Positions 1 to 9,029 of a stretch of DNA of 64,000 bases are shown piece by piece. Position 1 is the stretch's first letter; the number at the start of each line of letters is the position of its first letter. The notes under the pieces were generated by a model. That model searched no databases. It worked only from the letters and a program-made list of their open reading frames with translations, and was not told where the DNA came from. Source of the stretch: Allosphingosinicella sp. (GTDB taxonomy: Bacteria > Pseudomonadota > Alphaproteobacteria > Sphingomonadales > Sphingomonadaceae); assembly GCF_036387615.1 (NCBI RefSeq), contig NZ_DASVTH010000032.1, forward strand, positions 7,491-71,490. The letters run 5' to 3'. Made by a program: the position numbers and the translations under genes.

Positions 1-179
1 TGATGGACACGAGCTTCTTCCTTGCCCGCCAGACGCTGATCGCCTCGTCGCGGCCGGGCATGGCGGTGTGGCGCGAGAAGCTGTTCGCGTGGATGCTGCG
101 CAATGCGGAAAGCGCGATGGAGTTCTTCAAGCTTCCGACCAACCGGGTCGTCGAGCTCGGCTCGCAGGTTGAAATCTGA
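1..179 (+). CDS. kup: Potassium transporter Kup, C-terminal end (partial at window edge)
   Basis: Frame from nt 3 reads [58 protein letters not shown], the typical Kup C-terminus. Confidence 0.93.
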   Translation, partial: MDTSFFLARQTLIASSRPGMAVWREKLFAWMLRNAESAMEFFKLPTNRVVELGSQVEI

Positions 180-202
180 CCCCGGATCCAGTCCGGGGTG
201 AT
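178..202. repeat. REP-like short palindrome
   Basis: GACCCCGGATCCAGTCCGGGGTGAT: CCCCGGA/TCCGGGG stem just after the kup stop; resembles sphingomonad REP-type repeats (from memory). Confidence 0.55.
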
Positions 203-205
203 GGC

Positions 206-712
206 ATGGTTGGGGAGCCGATCATCGTCACCGCCTTGTTCGGGGACGGTGACAATGGCTGGCTCCAGGATCTGCGGCGGCGGCACTTTCCGCCCGAACG
301 CAACATCGTTCCGGCTCACCTGACCCTGTTCCATCACCTGCCGCCCGCTGTCGAGCGGGAGCTCGGGCAGCGACTCAAGAGCTATGCGGCGGTTCAAGCA
401 CCCGAGGCCAGGATCATCGGGATCATGGACCTTGGCCGCGGCACCGCCTTTCGGGTCGAAAGCGAAGAGCTTCAGGACATACGCTACGATCTTCTGGAAG
501 CATTTCGGGGCATGCTGATCCCTCAGGATCAGGCGCCCTGGCGGCCCCACATCACCATCCAGAACAAGGTCGAACCACGTTTAGCCAAGAGCTTGCAGGC
601 CGAACTTCGCGCCCGGTTCGAACCGCGCCCGCTCAGCATCAAGGGATTGGCTTCCTGGCGCTACATGGGCGGGCCGTGGCAGCCTATCCGGGAACACGTG
701 TTTCGGGGGTGA
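206..712 (+). CDS. 2H phosphoesterase / 2'-5' RNA ligase family protein
   Basis: Two HxT motifs (PAHLTL, PHITI) with typical spacing. Confidence 0.85.
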   Translation: MVGEPIIVTALFGDGDNGWLQDLRRRHFPPERNIVPAHLTLFHHLPPAVERELGQRLKSYAAVQAPEARIIGIMDLGRGTAFRVESEELQDIRYDLLEAFRGMLIPQDQAPWRPHITIQNKVEPRLAKSLQAELRARFEPRPLSIKGLASWRYMGGPWQPIREHVFRG

Positions 713-719
713 CGAGCGT

Positions 720-1145
720 TCAGTCGTTCTGTCCGACGCCCTCGCAGCTGTAATCGAAAGCTGCCAGCCCGGCTTCCAGGTGCGATGCGAGCAGGGGCAT
801 GTCCATCAGCTCGTCGATCGAGAATTCGGGATCGGTGTCGGACGCCTCCGCAAAAGCGTCGTCCCACTCGCTGACATCATAGGTGCCGCGGCCCACCCAG
901 GCCAGAGCCAGCGCCTCCGCGAGCTGATCGTCGGCGAGATCGTCGAGCGCCGCCCGCATCTCCTCCTCGACGCCGCTGTTGAGCTCGTCCTCGAGCACGG
1001 ACAGGCTCTGATCCTCGGCATCGTCGTCGAGATCGTCGACATTGTCCGCGTCTTCGTCGGGATCGAGCGCGGGGACCTGCGCTTCCAGCTCCTTTGCCCG
1101 CAGGATCAGCCGGCAATAGGTTTCCAGGGGGGTTAGAAGGTCCAT
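720..1145 (-). CDS. DUF3775 domain acidic protein
   Basis: ALAWVGRG and LASHLEAGL motifs, very acidic. Confidence 0.8.
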   Translation of the reverse strand: MDLLTPLETYCRLILRAKELEAQVPALDPDEDADNVDDLDDDAEDQSLSVLEDELNSGVEEEMRAALDDLADDQLAEALALAWVGRGTYDVSEWDDAFAEASDTDPEFSIDELMDMPLLASHLEAGLAAFDYSCEGVGQND

Positions 1146-1220
1146 AACGCTCTCCGTCGGCTACTGGCCAGACTTGCGAACGACAGGGGAAGCGGGCGGT
1201 TCCGGCTGCCGGCGCCCCAG

Positions 1221-1249
1221 TTGACCGGCTTGGCGGGGCTCCTTATACC
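1221..1249 (+). promoter_or_regulatory. Sigma70-type promoter of tRNA-Met
   Basis: TTGACC-N17-TATACC about 45 nt upstream of the tRNA. Confidence 0.65.
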
Positions 1250-1292
1250 GCCGCCGGCACGTGCTCCTCGAAGGAGCGAGCCTCGCTAAAGG

Positions 1293-1369
1293 GGCGGAGT
1301 AGCTCAGCTGGTTAGAGCAGCGGAATCATAATCCGCGTGTCGGGGGTTCAAGTCCCTCCTCCGCTACCA
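1293..1369 (+). tRNA. tRNA-Met (CAT), elongator-type
   Basis: GGCGGAGTAGCTCAGCTGGTTAGAGCAGCGGAATCATAATCCGCGTGTCGGGGGTTCAAGTCCCTCCTCCGCTACCA; cloverleaf, CAT anticodon, encoded CCA. Confidence 0.93.
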
Positions 1370-1440
1370 TTCCCGTTCAGGCTGTGGCTATACGGGGCGC
1401 AGCAGGCCTCGGTCCGGCCTGTTCAAACCTCGGAGTTCAG

Positions 1441-2058
1441 ATGTCGGCAACGCTTCGCACAATCCTGATCGCGGTCGCTTTTCTTCTCCAGACGGGTGCC
1501 GCCTTCGCGCAGGACAGCAAACAGCCGGCCTCTGCGCAGAAGCCGGCCGAGGCGAAGTCTGCGCCGGCCGACCCGTTCGCCGCGATTCCTGCCGCAAGGC
1601 CGGAGGACGTCCGCTCGATGGATGCGATCATCGCGGCGCTGTACGATGTCATTTCCGGCGATGCAGGGGCCCAGCGCGATTGGAATCGCTTCCGCTCGCT
1701 CTTCTATCCCGGCGCGCGGATGATCCCGACCGGCAAGAACGCGAAGACGGGGCAGATCGGCGCCCGCATCGCTACGCCGGACGATTACATCAAGGCCAAC
1801 GAGGCGTTCCTGGAAGGGGAGGGTTTCCATGAACAGGAAATGTTCCGGCACGTCGACAGCTTCGGCAACATGGCGCAGGTCTTTTCCGTCTATCAGGCGC
1901 GCAACAAGCTGTCGGACGCCAAGCCGTTCCTGCGCGGGATCAACAGCATCCAACTGCTGAACGACGGCAAGAGGTGGTGGGTGATGACGATCGCCTGGGC
2001 GCCCGAAACGCCGGACAACCCGATCCCGGCGCAGTATCTCAAGAAGGTCGAGCGCTGA
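1441..2058 (+). CDS. Secreted NTF2/SnoaL-like fold protein
   Basis: Signal peptide (AFA-Q); motifs YDVISG, RDWNRFRSLF, RGINSIQL. Confidence 0.7.
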   Translation: MSATLRTILIAVAFLLQTGAAFAQDSKQPASAQKPAEAKSAPADPFAAIPAARPEDVRSMDAIIAALYDVISGDAGAQRDWNRFRSLFYPGARMIPTGKNAKTGQIGARIATPDDYIKANEAFLEGEGFHEQEMFRHVDSFGNMAQVFSVYQARNKLSDAKPFLRGINSIQLLNDGKRWWVMTIAWAPETPDNPIPAQYLKKVER

Positions 2059-3284
2059 GCGGGCCGAGCCCCGCCTGCTCGATCGAGCGGCTGCGCTGGG
2101 ACGACCCGGAGCTGGGGTCGATCAGGCTGCCAAAGCGGGAGATGCGGCTGCGGGCCGGGTTCGGCTCCGGGCTGGCGGTCCGTCCGGGCGATCCGCCCGG
2201 GGCCTTGTGGGCTGTCTGCGACCGTGGACCGAACCTCAAAGCCGAGACGCTGGCCGAGAAATACGGGGTTGAATTGGCACCTGAAGTCGCCGCCAAGGGC
2301 GCGAAGATCATGCCGCGCCCCGATCTTGGTCCGGCGCTGGCCGAACTGCGCATCGTCGGCGACGAGATCGGCCTGGTTCGCACGATCCGGCTCACTGACG
2401 ACAGCGGCAAGCCGATCTCCGGATTGCCGATGGCAGGGTCGCAGCACGCGCGCGCCGAGCCGGCCTTCGACTTGGCCGGACGCCCGCTCGCGCCCGATCC
2501 GCAGGGTGCGGACAGTGAGGGGCTGATCGCGTTGCGCGACGGCGGCTTCTGGGTGGGGGACGAATATGGTCCGTCGCTGATGCGGATCGATGGCGAGGGC
2601 AGGGTGGTTGACCGCTGGCTGCCCGTCAGATCCGACCGAGAGGGGATCAGTCTGCCAGCCATCGCCGGGCGTCGTCAGATCAATCGCGGCTTTGAGGCGC
2701 TTGCGATCTCGCCGGACGAGCGATCGCTGTTCCTGGCTTTCCAAAGTCCGCTCGCGCACCCGGACGAGGCAGCGCACGAGCAGGCGAGCCACGTCCGGCT
2801 TTGGCGGCTGGACGCGTCGAGCGGAGCCGTGAGCGCGCAATATCTCTATCCGCTCGACGAGCCGAAAAGCTTCCGCCGGGATTGCGAGAAGGGTCCGTTC
2901 GAGCGAGGCGACATCAAGGTCAGCGAGATCCTCTGGGCGGGCGATGAAGCCCTGATCGTGCTGGAACGCGGTTCAGAGACCACGAAGCTTTATCGCGTCC
3001 AGCTCGATGCGAGCCTGGCGATCGGGGCTGAGCATCTGGACGTGGCCACGCGCCCGACGGTGGAGGAACTGAGCGGCCGCGACAGCCCCTTCCCGCTTGC
3101 GGTGCTTCGCAAACAGCTCTTGTTCAATAGCGATGATGCACGCCAAGTCGCTGCCGACCTTGAAGGAATGGCGTGGCTGTCGGACGCGCAGTTGCTGCTC
3201 GTCAGCGACAATGATTTCGGGGTGGAGGGGGCCGAGACGAGCTTCTGGCGGCTGACTTTGCCATCTTCAACGAGCGATGCCTGA
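2055..3284 (+). CDS. Phytase-like (esterase-like activity of phytase) beta-propeller protein; start uncertain
   Basis: CDRGPN, DSEGL, DEYGPS, NRGFEAL and DNDFG motifs. Confidence 0.8.
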   Translation: MSGPSPACSIERLRWDDPELGSIRLPKREMRLRAGFGSGLAVRPGDPPGALWAVCDRGPNLKAETLAEKYGVELAPEVAAKGAKIMPRPDLGPALAELRIVGDEIGLVRTIRLTDDSGKPISGLPMAGSQHARAEPAFDLAGRPLAPDPQGADSEGLIALRDGGFWVGDEYGPSLMRIDGEGRVVDRWLPVRSDREGISLPAIAGRRQINRGFEALAISPDERSLFLAFQSPLAHPDEAAHEQASHVRLWRLDASSGAVSAQYLYPLDEPKSFRRDCEKGPFERGDIKVSEILWAGDEALIVLERGSETTKLYRVQLDASLAIGAEHLDVATRPTVEELSGRDSPFPLAVLRKQLLFNSDDARQVAADLEGMAWLSDAQLLLVSDNDFGVEGAETSFWRLTLPSSTSDA

Positions 3285-4005
3285 GCTTCGGATCGGGACC
3301 GCGGGCTGGTCGATCCCGGTGGCCACTGCCGACGCCTTCCCGGCCGAGGGAAGCAGCCTCGAACGCTATTCGGCACATTTCCGCTGTGCGGAGATCAACT
3401 CCACCTTTCACCGCAGCCATCGCCCGAGCACCTTCGAGCGTTGGGCGGAGTCCACGCCCGCCGACTTCCGCTTCTCGGCGAAGCTGCCGAAGACGATCAC
3501 GCACGTGCAAAAGCTCGTCGATTGCGAGGCGTTGCTGGATCGATATCTGGAGGAGGTCGCCGGGCTCGGCGAGCGCCTGGCGGTCCACCTGGTCCAGTTG
3601 CCGCCGAGCCTGCAGTTCGACGAAGCGTTGGCAGACCGCTTCATTGGCGCCTTGAAGTCGCGCACCGAGCTCAGTGTTGCTTGCGAGCCGAGGCATGCCA
3701 GCTGGTTCGATCTCACTGCCTCCGCTTTGCTGGCGAAGCTGGATGTTGCCCGTGTTGCCGCCGATCCGGCCCGAGTCGAGGCCGCAGCCGAGCCGGGCGG
3801 CTGGGGCGGGTTGGTCTACCTTCGCCTGCACGGATCGCCGACCATGTACCGGTCCAGCTACAATGATGGGCGGCTCAAGTCCTATGCGGCGCAAATCAGG
3901 ACAACGCTGCCGCAGGCGGACGTGTGGTGCATCTTCGACAACACGGCTTCGTCCGCGGCGACTGGGGACGCGCTTGCGCTCAGTCGCTTGCTCGCCGAGC
4001 TTTAG
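3277..4005 (+). CDS. DUF72 family protein
   Basis: IGTAGWS, EINSTF, LVQLPPS, CEPRH, YLRLHG and FDN motifs. Confidence 0.9.
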   Translation: MPELRIGTAGWSIPVATADAFPAEGSSLERYSAHFRCAEINSTFHRSHRPSTFERWAESTPADFRFSAKLPKTITHVQKLVDCEALLDRYLEEVAGLGERLAVHLVQLPPSLQFDEALADRFIGALKSRTELSVACEPRHASWFDLTASALLAKLDVARVAADPARVEAAAEPGGWGGLVYLRLHGSPTMYRSSYNDGRLKSYAAQIRTTLPQADVWCIFDNTASSAATGDALALSRLLAEL

Positions 4006-4011
4006 GCCGGT

Positions 4012-5082
4012 TCAGGCATCTTCCTTGGCGGCGGGCAGGACGCCGCGGCGGATTTGATCGAGTTCGATCGACTCGAACAATGCCTTGAAGTTGCCTTCGC
4101 CGAAGCCCTGGTTGCCCTTGCGCTGGATGATCTCGAAGAAGATCGGGCCGACCATATTCTCGGTGAAGATCTGCAGCAGCAGGCCTTCGCCCGTCTCGGG
4201 CGAGCCGTCGATCAGGATGCGGCGCTTGCGCATCTCGGTTACGTCGTGGCCATGGCCGGGCAGGCGCTGGTCGATGAGGTCGAAATAGGTCTCGGGGCTG
4301 TCCTGGAAACGGATGCCGTTGGCGCGCAGCTGGTCCACGGTTGCGAAGATATCGTCGGTGGCGAGCGCGATATGCTGGATCCCCTCGCCCTTATATTCGC
4401 GAAGGAACTCCTCGATCTGGCTGTGCTCGTCCTGGGATTCGTTGAGCGGAATCCGGATCTTGTCGTCGGGAGCTGTCATCGCGCGTGAAAGCAGGGCGGT
4501 CTGCTTGCCCTCGATGTCGAAGTAGCGGATCTGGCGGAAATTGAAGATGCGCTCGTAGAATTCGGCCCAATGGTTCATTCGGCCGCGGTTCACGTTGTGG
4601 GTGAGGTGATCGAGCGTGTGGAGGCCCGCGTTGGAGGTGCGGCTGACGCCCGGCACCGGCTCGAAATCGACGTCGTAGATCTGCTCGGCGCCATAACGGT
4701 CGACCAGATACAGATAGGAGCCGCCAATGCCCTCGATCGCGGGGATGTCCAGTTCGCCCGGTCCGCGCGCCGTTTCGACGGGCACCGCTCCGCGCTCCAC
4801 GGCCATCACAAAGGCTTGCTTGGCGTCCTTCACCCGGAACGCCATACCGTTGGCCGACGGCCCGTGCGCCTGGCGGAAGGCGGCGGCTTGGCCCGCCGGC
4901 TCCATGTTCAGGATGAAGTTGATGTCACCCTGGGCATAGTGGCGGACGTTCTTGCTCTTGTGATTGCCCATGTGGGTGAAGCCGAGCGCGCTGAACAGGC
5001 CGCCGAGCGCTTCGGGGTCCGGGCTGGTGAATTCGACGAATTCGAAGCCATCGAGGCCGAGCGGGTTTTCATGTGCGGTCAT
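4012..5082 (-). CDS. hppD: 4-hydroxyphenylpyruvate dioxygenase
   Basis: ENPLGLDGFEFVEF, DHLTHNV, GIQHIAL, LLQIF, GFGEGNFKALFES. Confidence 0.96.
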   Translation of the reverse strand: MTAHENPLGLDGFEFVEFTSPDPEALGGLFSALGFTHMGNHKSKNVRHYAQGDINFILNMEPAGQAAAFRQAHGPSANGMAFRVKDAKQAFVMAVERGAVPVETARGPGELDIPAIEGIGGSYLYLVDRYGAEQIYDVDFEPVPGVSRTSNAGLHTLDHLTHNVNRGRMNHWAEFYERIFNFRQIRYFDIEGKQTALLSRAMTAPDDKIRIPLNESQDEHSQIEEFLREYKGEGIQHIALATDDIFATVDQLRANGIRFQDSPETYFDLIDQRLPGHGHDVTEMRKRRILIDGSPETGEGLLLQIFTENMVGPIFFEIIQRKGNQGFGEGNFKALFESIELDQIRRGVLPAAKEDA

Positions 5083-5234
5083 GCAGGGCGAACCTTCTGC
5101 TGGAGACGGAACGGCCCCTGTAACAGCGGCCCCGGAGCGCCGCAAATCGCGCCCTGCGGATTAGACTTGGAGGGTTCCAGTCCCTATCTTCAGTTGGCAA
5201 TCTCTCCCTCACATCGAGGCTTCGAAGGAACGAC

Positions 5235-6200
5235 ATGGTCGCGACCCATTCCACCCGCATGTTGATTTTAGGCTCGGGGCCGGCAGGTCTGTCGGCCGCG
5301 ATCTATGGCGCACGCGCCGGAATGGCGCCGATCGTCGTGCAGGGCATCCAGCCGGGCGGGCAGCTCACCACCACGACCGATGTCGAGAATTATCCCGGGT
5401 TCCGGGACGTGATCCAGGGTCCCTGGCTGATGGAGCAGATGCAGGCCCAGGCGGAGCATGTCGGCGCGCAAATGATGTGGGATCAGATCGTCGAGATCGA
5501 CCTCAGCCGCCGCCCGTTCCGGCTGATTGGCGATGGCGGCACGATCTATTCGGGTGATGTGCTGGTGATCGCGACCGGCGCGCAGGCGCGCTGGCTTGAG
5601 ATTCCGTCTGAAGAGCATCTTAAAGGCCGCGGAGTTTCCGCCTGCGCGACCTGCGACGGCTTCTTCTACCGCGGCAAGAAAGTCGCCGTGATTGGCGGTG
5701 GCAACACCGCTGTAGAGGAGGCGCTCTACCTCACTAACCACAGCCACGACGTGACCCTGATCCACCGGCGCGACTCGCTTCGCGCCGAGAAGATCCTGCA
5801 GGAGCGCCTGTTCAAGCATCCGAACATCAAGGTGCTGTGGAACCGCGAAGTCGCCAAGTTCGTCGGTGGCGGCCAGCCCGAAGGCTTGGTCGCGATCGAC
5901 CTTCGCAATACTCGCACCGGCCAGATCGAGCGGCTCGAAACCGAGGGTGGGTTCGTCGCGATCGGCCACAGCCCGGCGACCGAGCTCTTCCGGGATCATC
6001 TCGAGCTCGACGAGGATGGCTATATTAAGGTCGAGACCGGAACGACCAGGACGAGCGTGCCCGGTGTGTTCGCGTGCGGGGATGTGATGGACAAGGTCTA
6101 TCGCCAGGCGGTTACCGCCGCGGGCACCGGCTGTATGGCTGCGCTTGATTCAGAGAAGTTCCTGGCCGAAGCTGATTTCGAGGCTTCACTGGCCGCTTAG
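5235..6200 (+). CDS. trxB: Thioredoxin reductase
   Basis: GSGPAG, CATCDG, GGGNTA, IHRR, RQAVTAAGTGC. Confidence 0.97.
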   Translation: MVATHSTRMLILGSGPAGLSAAIYGARAGMAPIVVQGIQPGGQLTTTTDVENYPGFRDVIQGPWLMEQMQAQAEHVGAQMMWDQIVEIDLSRRPFRLIGDGGTIYSGDVLVIATGAQARWLEIPSEEHLKGRGVSACATCDGFFYRGKKVAVIGGGNTAVEEALYLTNHSHDVTLIHRRDSLRAEKILQERLFKHPNIKVLWNREVAKFVGGGQPEGLVAIDLRNTRTGQIERLETEGGFVAIGHSPATELFRDHLELDEDGYIKVETGTTRTSVPGVFACGDVMDKVYRQAVTAAGTGCMAALDSEKFLAEADFEASLAA

Positions 6201-6968
6201 GCTGCGGAGCGACTGCAGGACGGCGGCGGTCAGCGCGTCCAGGTCGCCGGCGCGTGCGAAGGTGTGCGAGTCGGTTTCGATGTGGACGGGCTCGGGCAGG
6301 CCGCACGAACGCCAGATCGGCTCGGCGGCGATTGCAGTGGTGTCCCCGCGGCTCAGGAGTAGCCGGACGGGGAGGTGGGAGGCTTTCAGCGCTGCGATGG
6401 CTTCGCGGCCAAGGCCGGAGCGGGTCGGCGCGGCCGCGCGCCTGAGCCCGCCGGCAAGCTTGTGCAGCGATACTTGGCCAGCAAGCAGCCTTTTCCAGCC
6501 CTCGCGACTGGTGAGCCGCTGGGCATAAAGCCGCCGAATCGCCGCTGGCGGGGGTTGGCCCGCCGACGCTTCGACCAGCCACGGATTGGCGAGTATCAGG
6601 CCGTTCAGGCCGGCTTCGGCTCCGTGCAGCATCAGTGCCGTTGCCCCATCGCACAGACCGAGCCCGTACAGCCGCCGCAGTTCAGGGACACTCCCGCGGA
6701 ACGCCGCCGCCGCGGCGAGGACGTCGTCCCGGCTGCCGCGGAAGCCTGGGTCCTCTCCCTCGCTGTCACCGACGCCGCGCCGATCGAACCGGAAGCAAGG
6801 GTGGCCGGACGCGGCGAGCGAAGCCCCGAGCCGCTCGAACAAACGATGCGAGCCGATGCGGGTCTGCGTGCCTCCGGTTGCGATCAGAAGCCCGACCGGG
6901 CTCTCTGCGCGATCCAGGGAACCGGCGAGCACAGAACCTGCGCAGGCGAAGGTCATCAGCTCGCGCAT
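6186..6968 (-). CDS. Alpha/beta hydrolase 1, exosortase A system-associated
   Basis: GGxQTRIGSHR, FDRRGVGDSEG, GLCDG, NPW; locus context. Confidence 0.88.
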   Translation of the reverse strand: MRELMTFACAGSVLAGSLDRAESPVGLLIATGGTQTRIGSHRLFERLGASLAASGHPCFRFDRRGVGDSEGEDPGFRGSRDDVLAAAAAFRGSVPELRRLYGLGLCDGATALMLHGAEAGLNGLILANPWLVEASAGQPPPAAIRRLYAQRLTSREGWKRLLAGQVSLHKLAGGLRRAAAPTRSGLGREAIAALKASHLPVRLLLSRGDTTAIAAEPIWRSCGLPEPVHIETDSHTFARAGDLDALTAAVLQSLRSLSGQ

Positions 6969-7624
6969 TCATGAGCCCAATCAGTCAAATCCGAGACCAT
7001 TAGCTGTGCTAGCTCAGACGATGTTGCAGGTTCGGAGCGCCGCCACAAGGCAGGGCCATCCAGCTTCGTGTCCGCGGGCTTCGGGTCCACCGCCAGTCGC
7101 ACCGTGCGGCAGGGTACGACTTCGGCCGGGCTCGCCCCAGCCAGGCCGGAAGCGAGCGAAGGAGGCAGACGGTAGCCAGCGGCGCCGTCTCCGCCGGTTA
7201 GGCCGGACCGGTCAAGGTCGCGCAGCAGCGATCGGCCCTCTGCCGGCGAAAAGCGCCAATGCGCCGCTTGCGGGATGTCGTCGAGTAAAGCGCCGCCGCG
7301 CAGACTTGCGACCAGCAGCGGTTCGCCACTCCGGACGCGATCCGAGGCGGCGAGCGCAGCCTCTCGCCATTCGTCCCAGGAGCAGGCCTCCAGCGCACGC
7401 TCGCTCTCGCCGGTGCCGGGAAGGTCCGGGAGCCAGCAGCAGAAGCCCTCCTGCGCAAGCCCCCGCATCACGGCCACGACGAGCGCGCGGGTGCGGTTCA
7501 TTTCTTCGAACAAGGGCGGGATGAACAGCACCGGAGCGCCCTCCACGTGCCCGATCCTCATCAGCCACTCGGCTCGGCCCTCAACGAAATAGCGGTCGTA
7601 GAAGGGACCGCCGGCTCCGCTCAC
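6956..7624 (-). CDS. Alpha/beta hydrolase 2, exosortase A system-associated
   Basis: PPLFEEMNRTR, DLPGTGES, SLRGG; locus context. Confidence 0.85.
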   Translation of the reverse strand: MSGAGGPFYDRYFVEGRAEWLMRIGHVEGAPVLFIPPLFEEMNRTRALVVAVMRGLAQEGFCCWLPDLPGTGESERALEACSWDEWREAALAASDRVRSGEPLLVASLRGGALLDDIPQAAHWRFSPAEGRSLLRDLDRSGLTGGDGAAGYRLPPSLASGLAGASPAEVVPCRTVRLAVDPKPADTKLDGPALWRRSEPATSSELAQLMVSDLTDWAHECAS

Positions 7625-7899
7625 CTCAGCGCCTTGGCCCGAACGAAGGTGAGCAGCGAGCCGAAGCTTTCCAGCATGTCGGCATCGACCTCATGATCTT
7701 CGATGAGGATGCCGAGCCGCTCCTCCAATTCCGTGAGCAGGCCTGCGACTGCCATCGAGTCGAACTCCGGAAGGGCGCCGAACAAGGGCGAGGCCTCCGT
7801 GAACCCGCCGACGCGCTCCGGCGCGAGGCCGAGCACGTCGACCAGGACCGCCCGAAGCGTCTTGTCGACTTCCTGTTCGTCGTTGAAAGCGGCGACCAT
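7621..7899 (-). CDS. Acyl carrier protein
   Basis: Small acidic protein with LFGALPEFDSMAV phosphopantetheine site. Confidence 0.88.
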   Translation of the reverse strand: MVAAFNDEQEVDKTLRAVLVDVLGLAPERVGGFTEASPLFGALPEFDSMAVAGLLTELEERLGILIEDHEVDADMLESFGSLLTFVRAKALR

Positions 7900-7923
7900 C
7901 CTGTTTCCCTGTTTGAGGCGCGC

Positions 7924-8997
7924 CTAATTGTTTCGCAGCCGACGGACAAGCGCCCGCGCTGCGGCATGTCCGGCTGCCGTGATGCCGCGCGGGCTGCGCA
8001 GATTGTACAGATCAAGCCGGTAAAGCGGGCGCTTCAGATCCATCCAGTCCGCCTTGTAGGCGTCGTCGCCGGTGCCGAAATCGATGATCGCGGGTCGATC
8101 GCGCTCGATGACATGCTCGAACATGGCCGCGCTGAGCAATGTGCCGGGCGATTCCGCCTTGGCGGCTTCATCATGGGCGAGCTTGTGAATGGTCGCGACG
8201 CTCTGGTCGACTGTCCAGAGCTGAGCCGCCACCGGGCGGCCGGCGTCCCGGGCGATGCCGAGACGGAGCGAGCCCCAGCGGCCGGATCGTTCGGCAAAGG
8301 CGCGCAGGAACTCGGGAGAGCCTTCGGCCGGCTTCCAGCTGGAGCGGTAGACGCTCTCATAGTCGGCCCAGGCAGCGGGATCGAAGTGGTCGTAAATAGC
8401 GATCTCGAGTTGCGTACGCCGACGCTTGCGCTCGACGGTGTTGCGAAGCCTGCTCGGCCTGTCTTCCCAATATCTTGCAAATGGTTGTTCATGCGTCTTG
8501 GCAATCCAGTTCGCGGTCGTTGCGGCTCGCAGCGCCAGCCAGCCGGCCGAAGCAAAGGCGTGCTTCAGCAGGGCCACGTCGCGGTCCTCATCGGCCATTG
8601 GGGCCAGACTGATCACATCGAAGCGCGCGCGCAGTTTTCGAGCGAGCGCGGCGGCGAGCGGCGCCCGTAGGTCCGGCCGCTCGTCGCTGGTCGGCACCGC
8701 TAGGCCGGCAAAGATTGGGGCGAAGGCCAATGTGTACCAGCTGGCGAAAGCGGCCGCGCGGCCATTACCGTGATCCTGCAGGAACAGCCAAGCGGTGCGT
8801 CCCGAAGCGTCGCGAGCCCGGGCCGCGACCAGCGGCACCTGGCTGAGCACGTGCGCACGGGTCAGCTTCAGCCATTCGATGCTGTCGTACACATTTCGCT
8901 GCCGTTGGCGATCCAGCGCGCCCGCGGCATCGCGCTCGACCTCGTCCAGGCACTCGAACAGTTCCACCTGCACGGCCAACGCGCTATTCCCCGACAT
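7924..8997 (-). CDS. GNAT-family acyltransferase (CelD/BcsL-like)
   Basis: SWKPAEG, IHKLAHDE, SPGTLL, IDFGTGDDAYKADW. Confidence 0.82.
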   Translation of the reverse strand: MSGNSALAVQVELFECLDEVERDAAGALDRQRQRNVYDSIEWLKLTRAHVLSQVPLVAARARDASGRTAWLFLQDHGNGRAAAFASWYTLAFAPIFAGLAVPTSDERPDLRAPLAAALARKLRARFDVISLAPMADEDRDVALLKHAFASAGWLALRAATTANWIAKTHEQPFARYWEDRPSRLRNTVERKRRRTQLEIAIYDHFDPAAWADYESVYRSSWKPAEGSPEFLRAFAERSGRWGSLRLGIARDAGRPVAAQLWTVDQSVATIHKLAHDEAAKAESPGTLLSAAMFEHVIERDRPAIIDFGTGDDAYKADWMDLKRPLYRLDLYNLRSPRGITAAGHAAARALVRRLRNN

Positions 8998-9029
8998 CGG
9001 CCGCTTGTGTGGCTTAGCCAGGAGCCAAG

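Noticed and set aside
1293-4005. Island integrated at tRNA-Met
   Set aside because: No integrase and no duplicated tRNA 3' end was seen downstream
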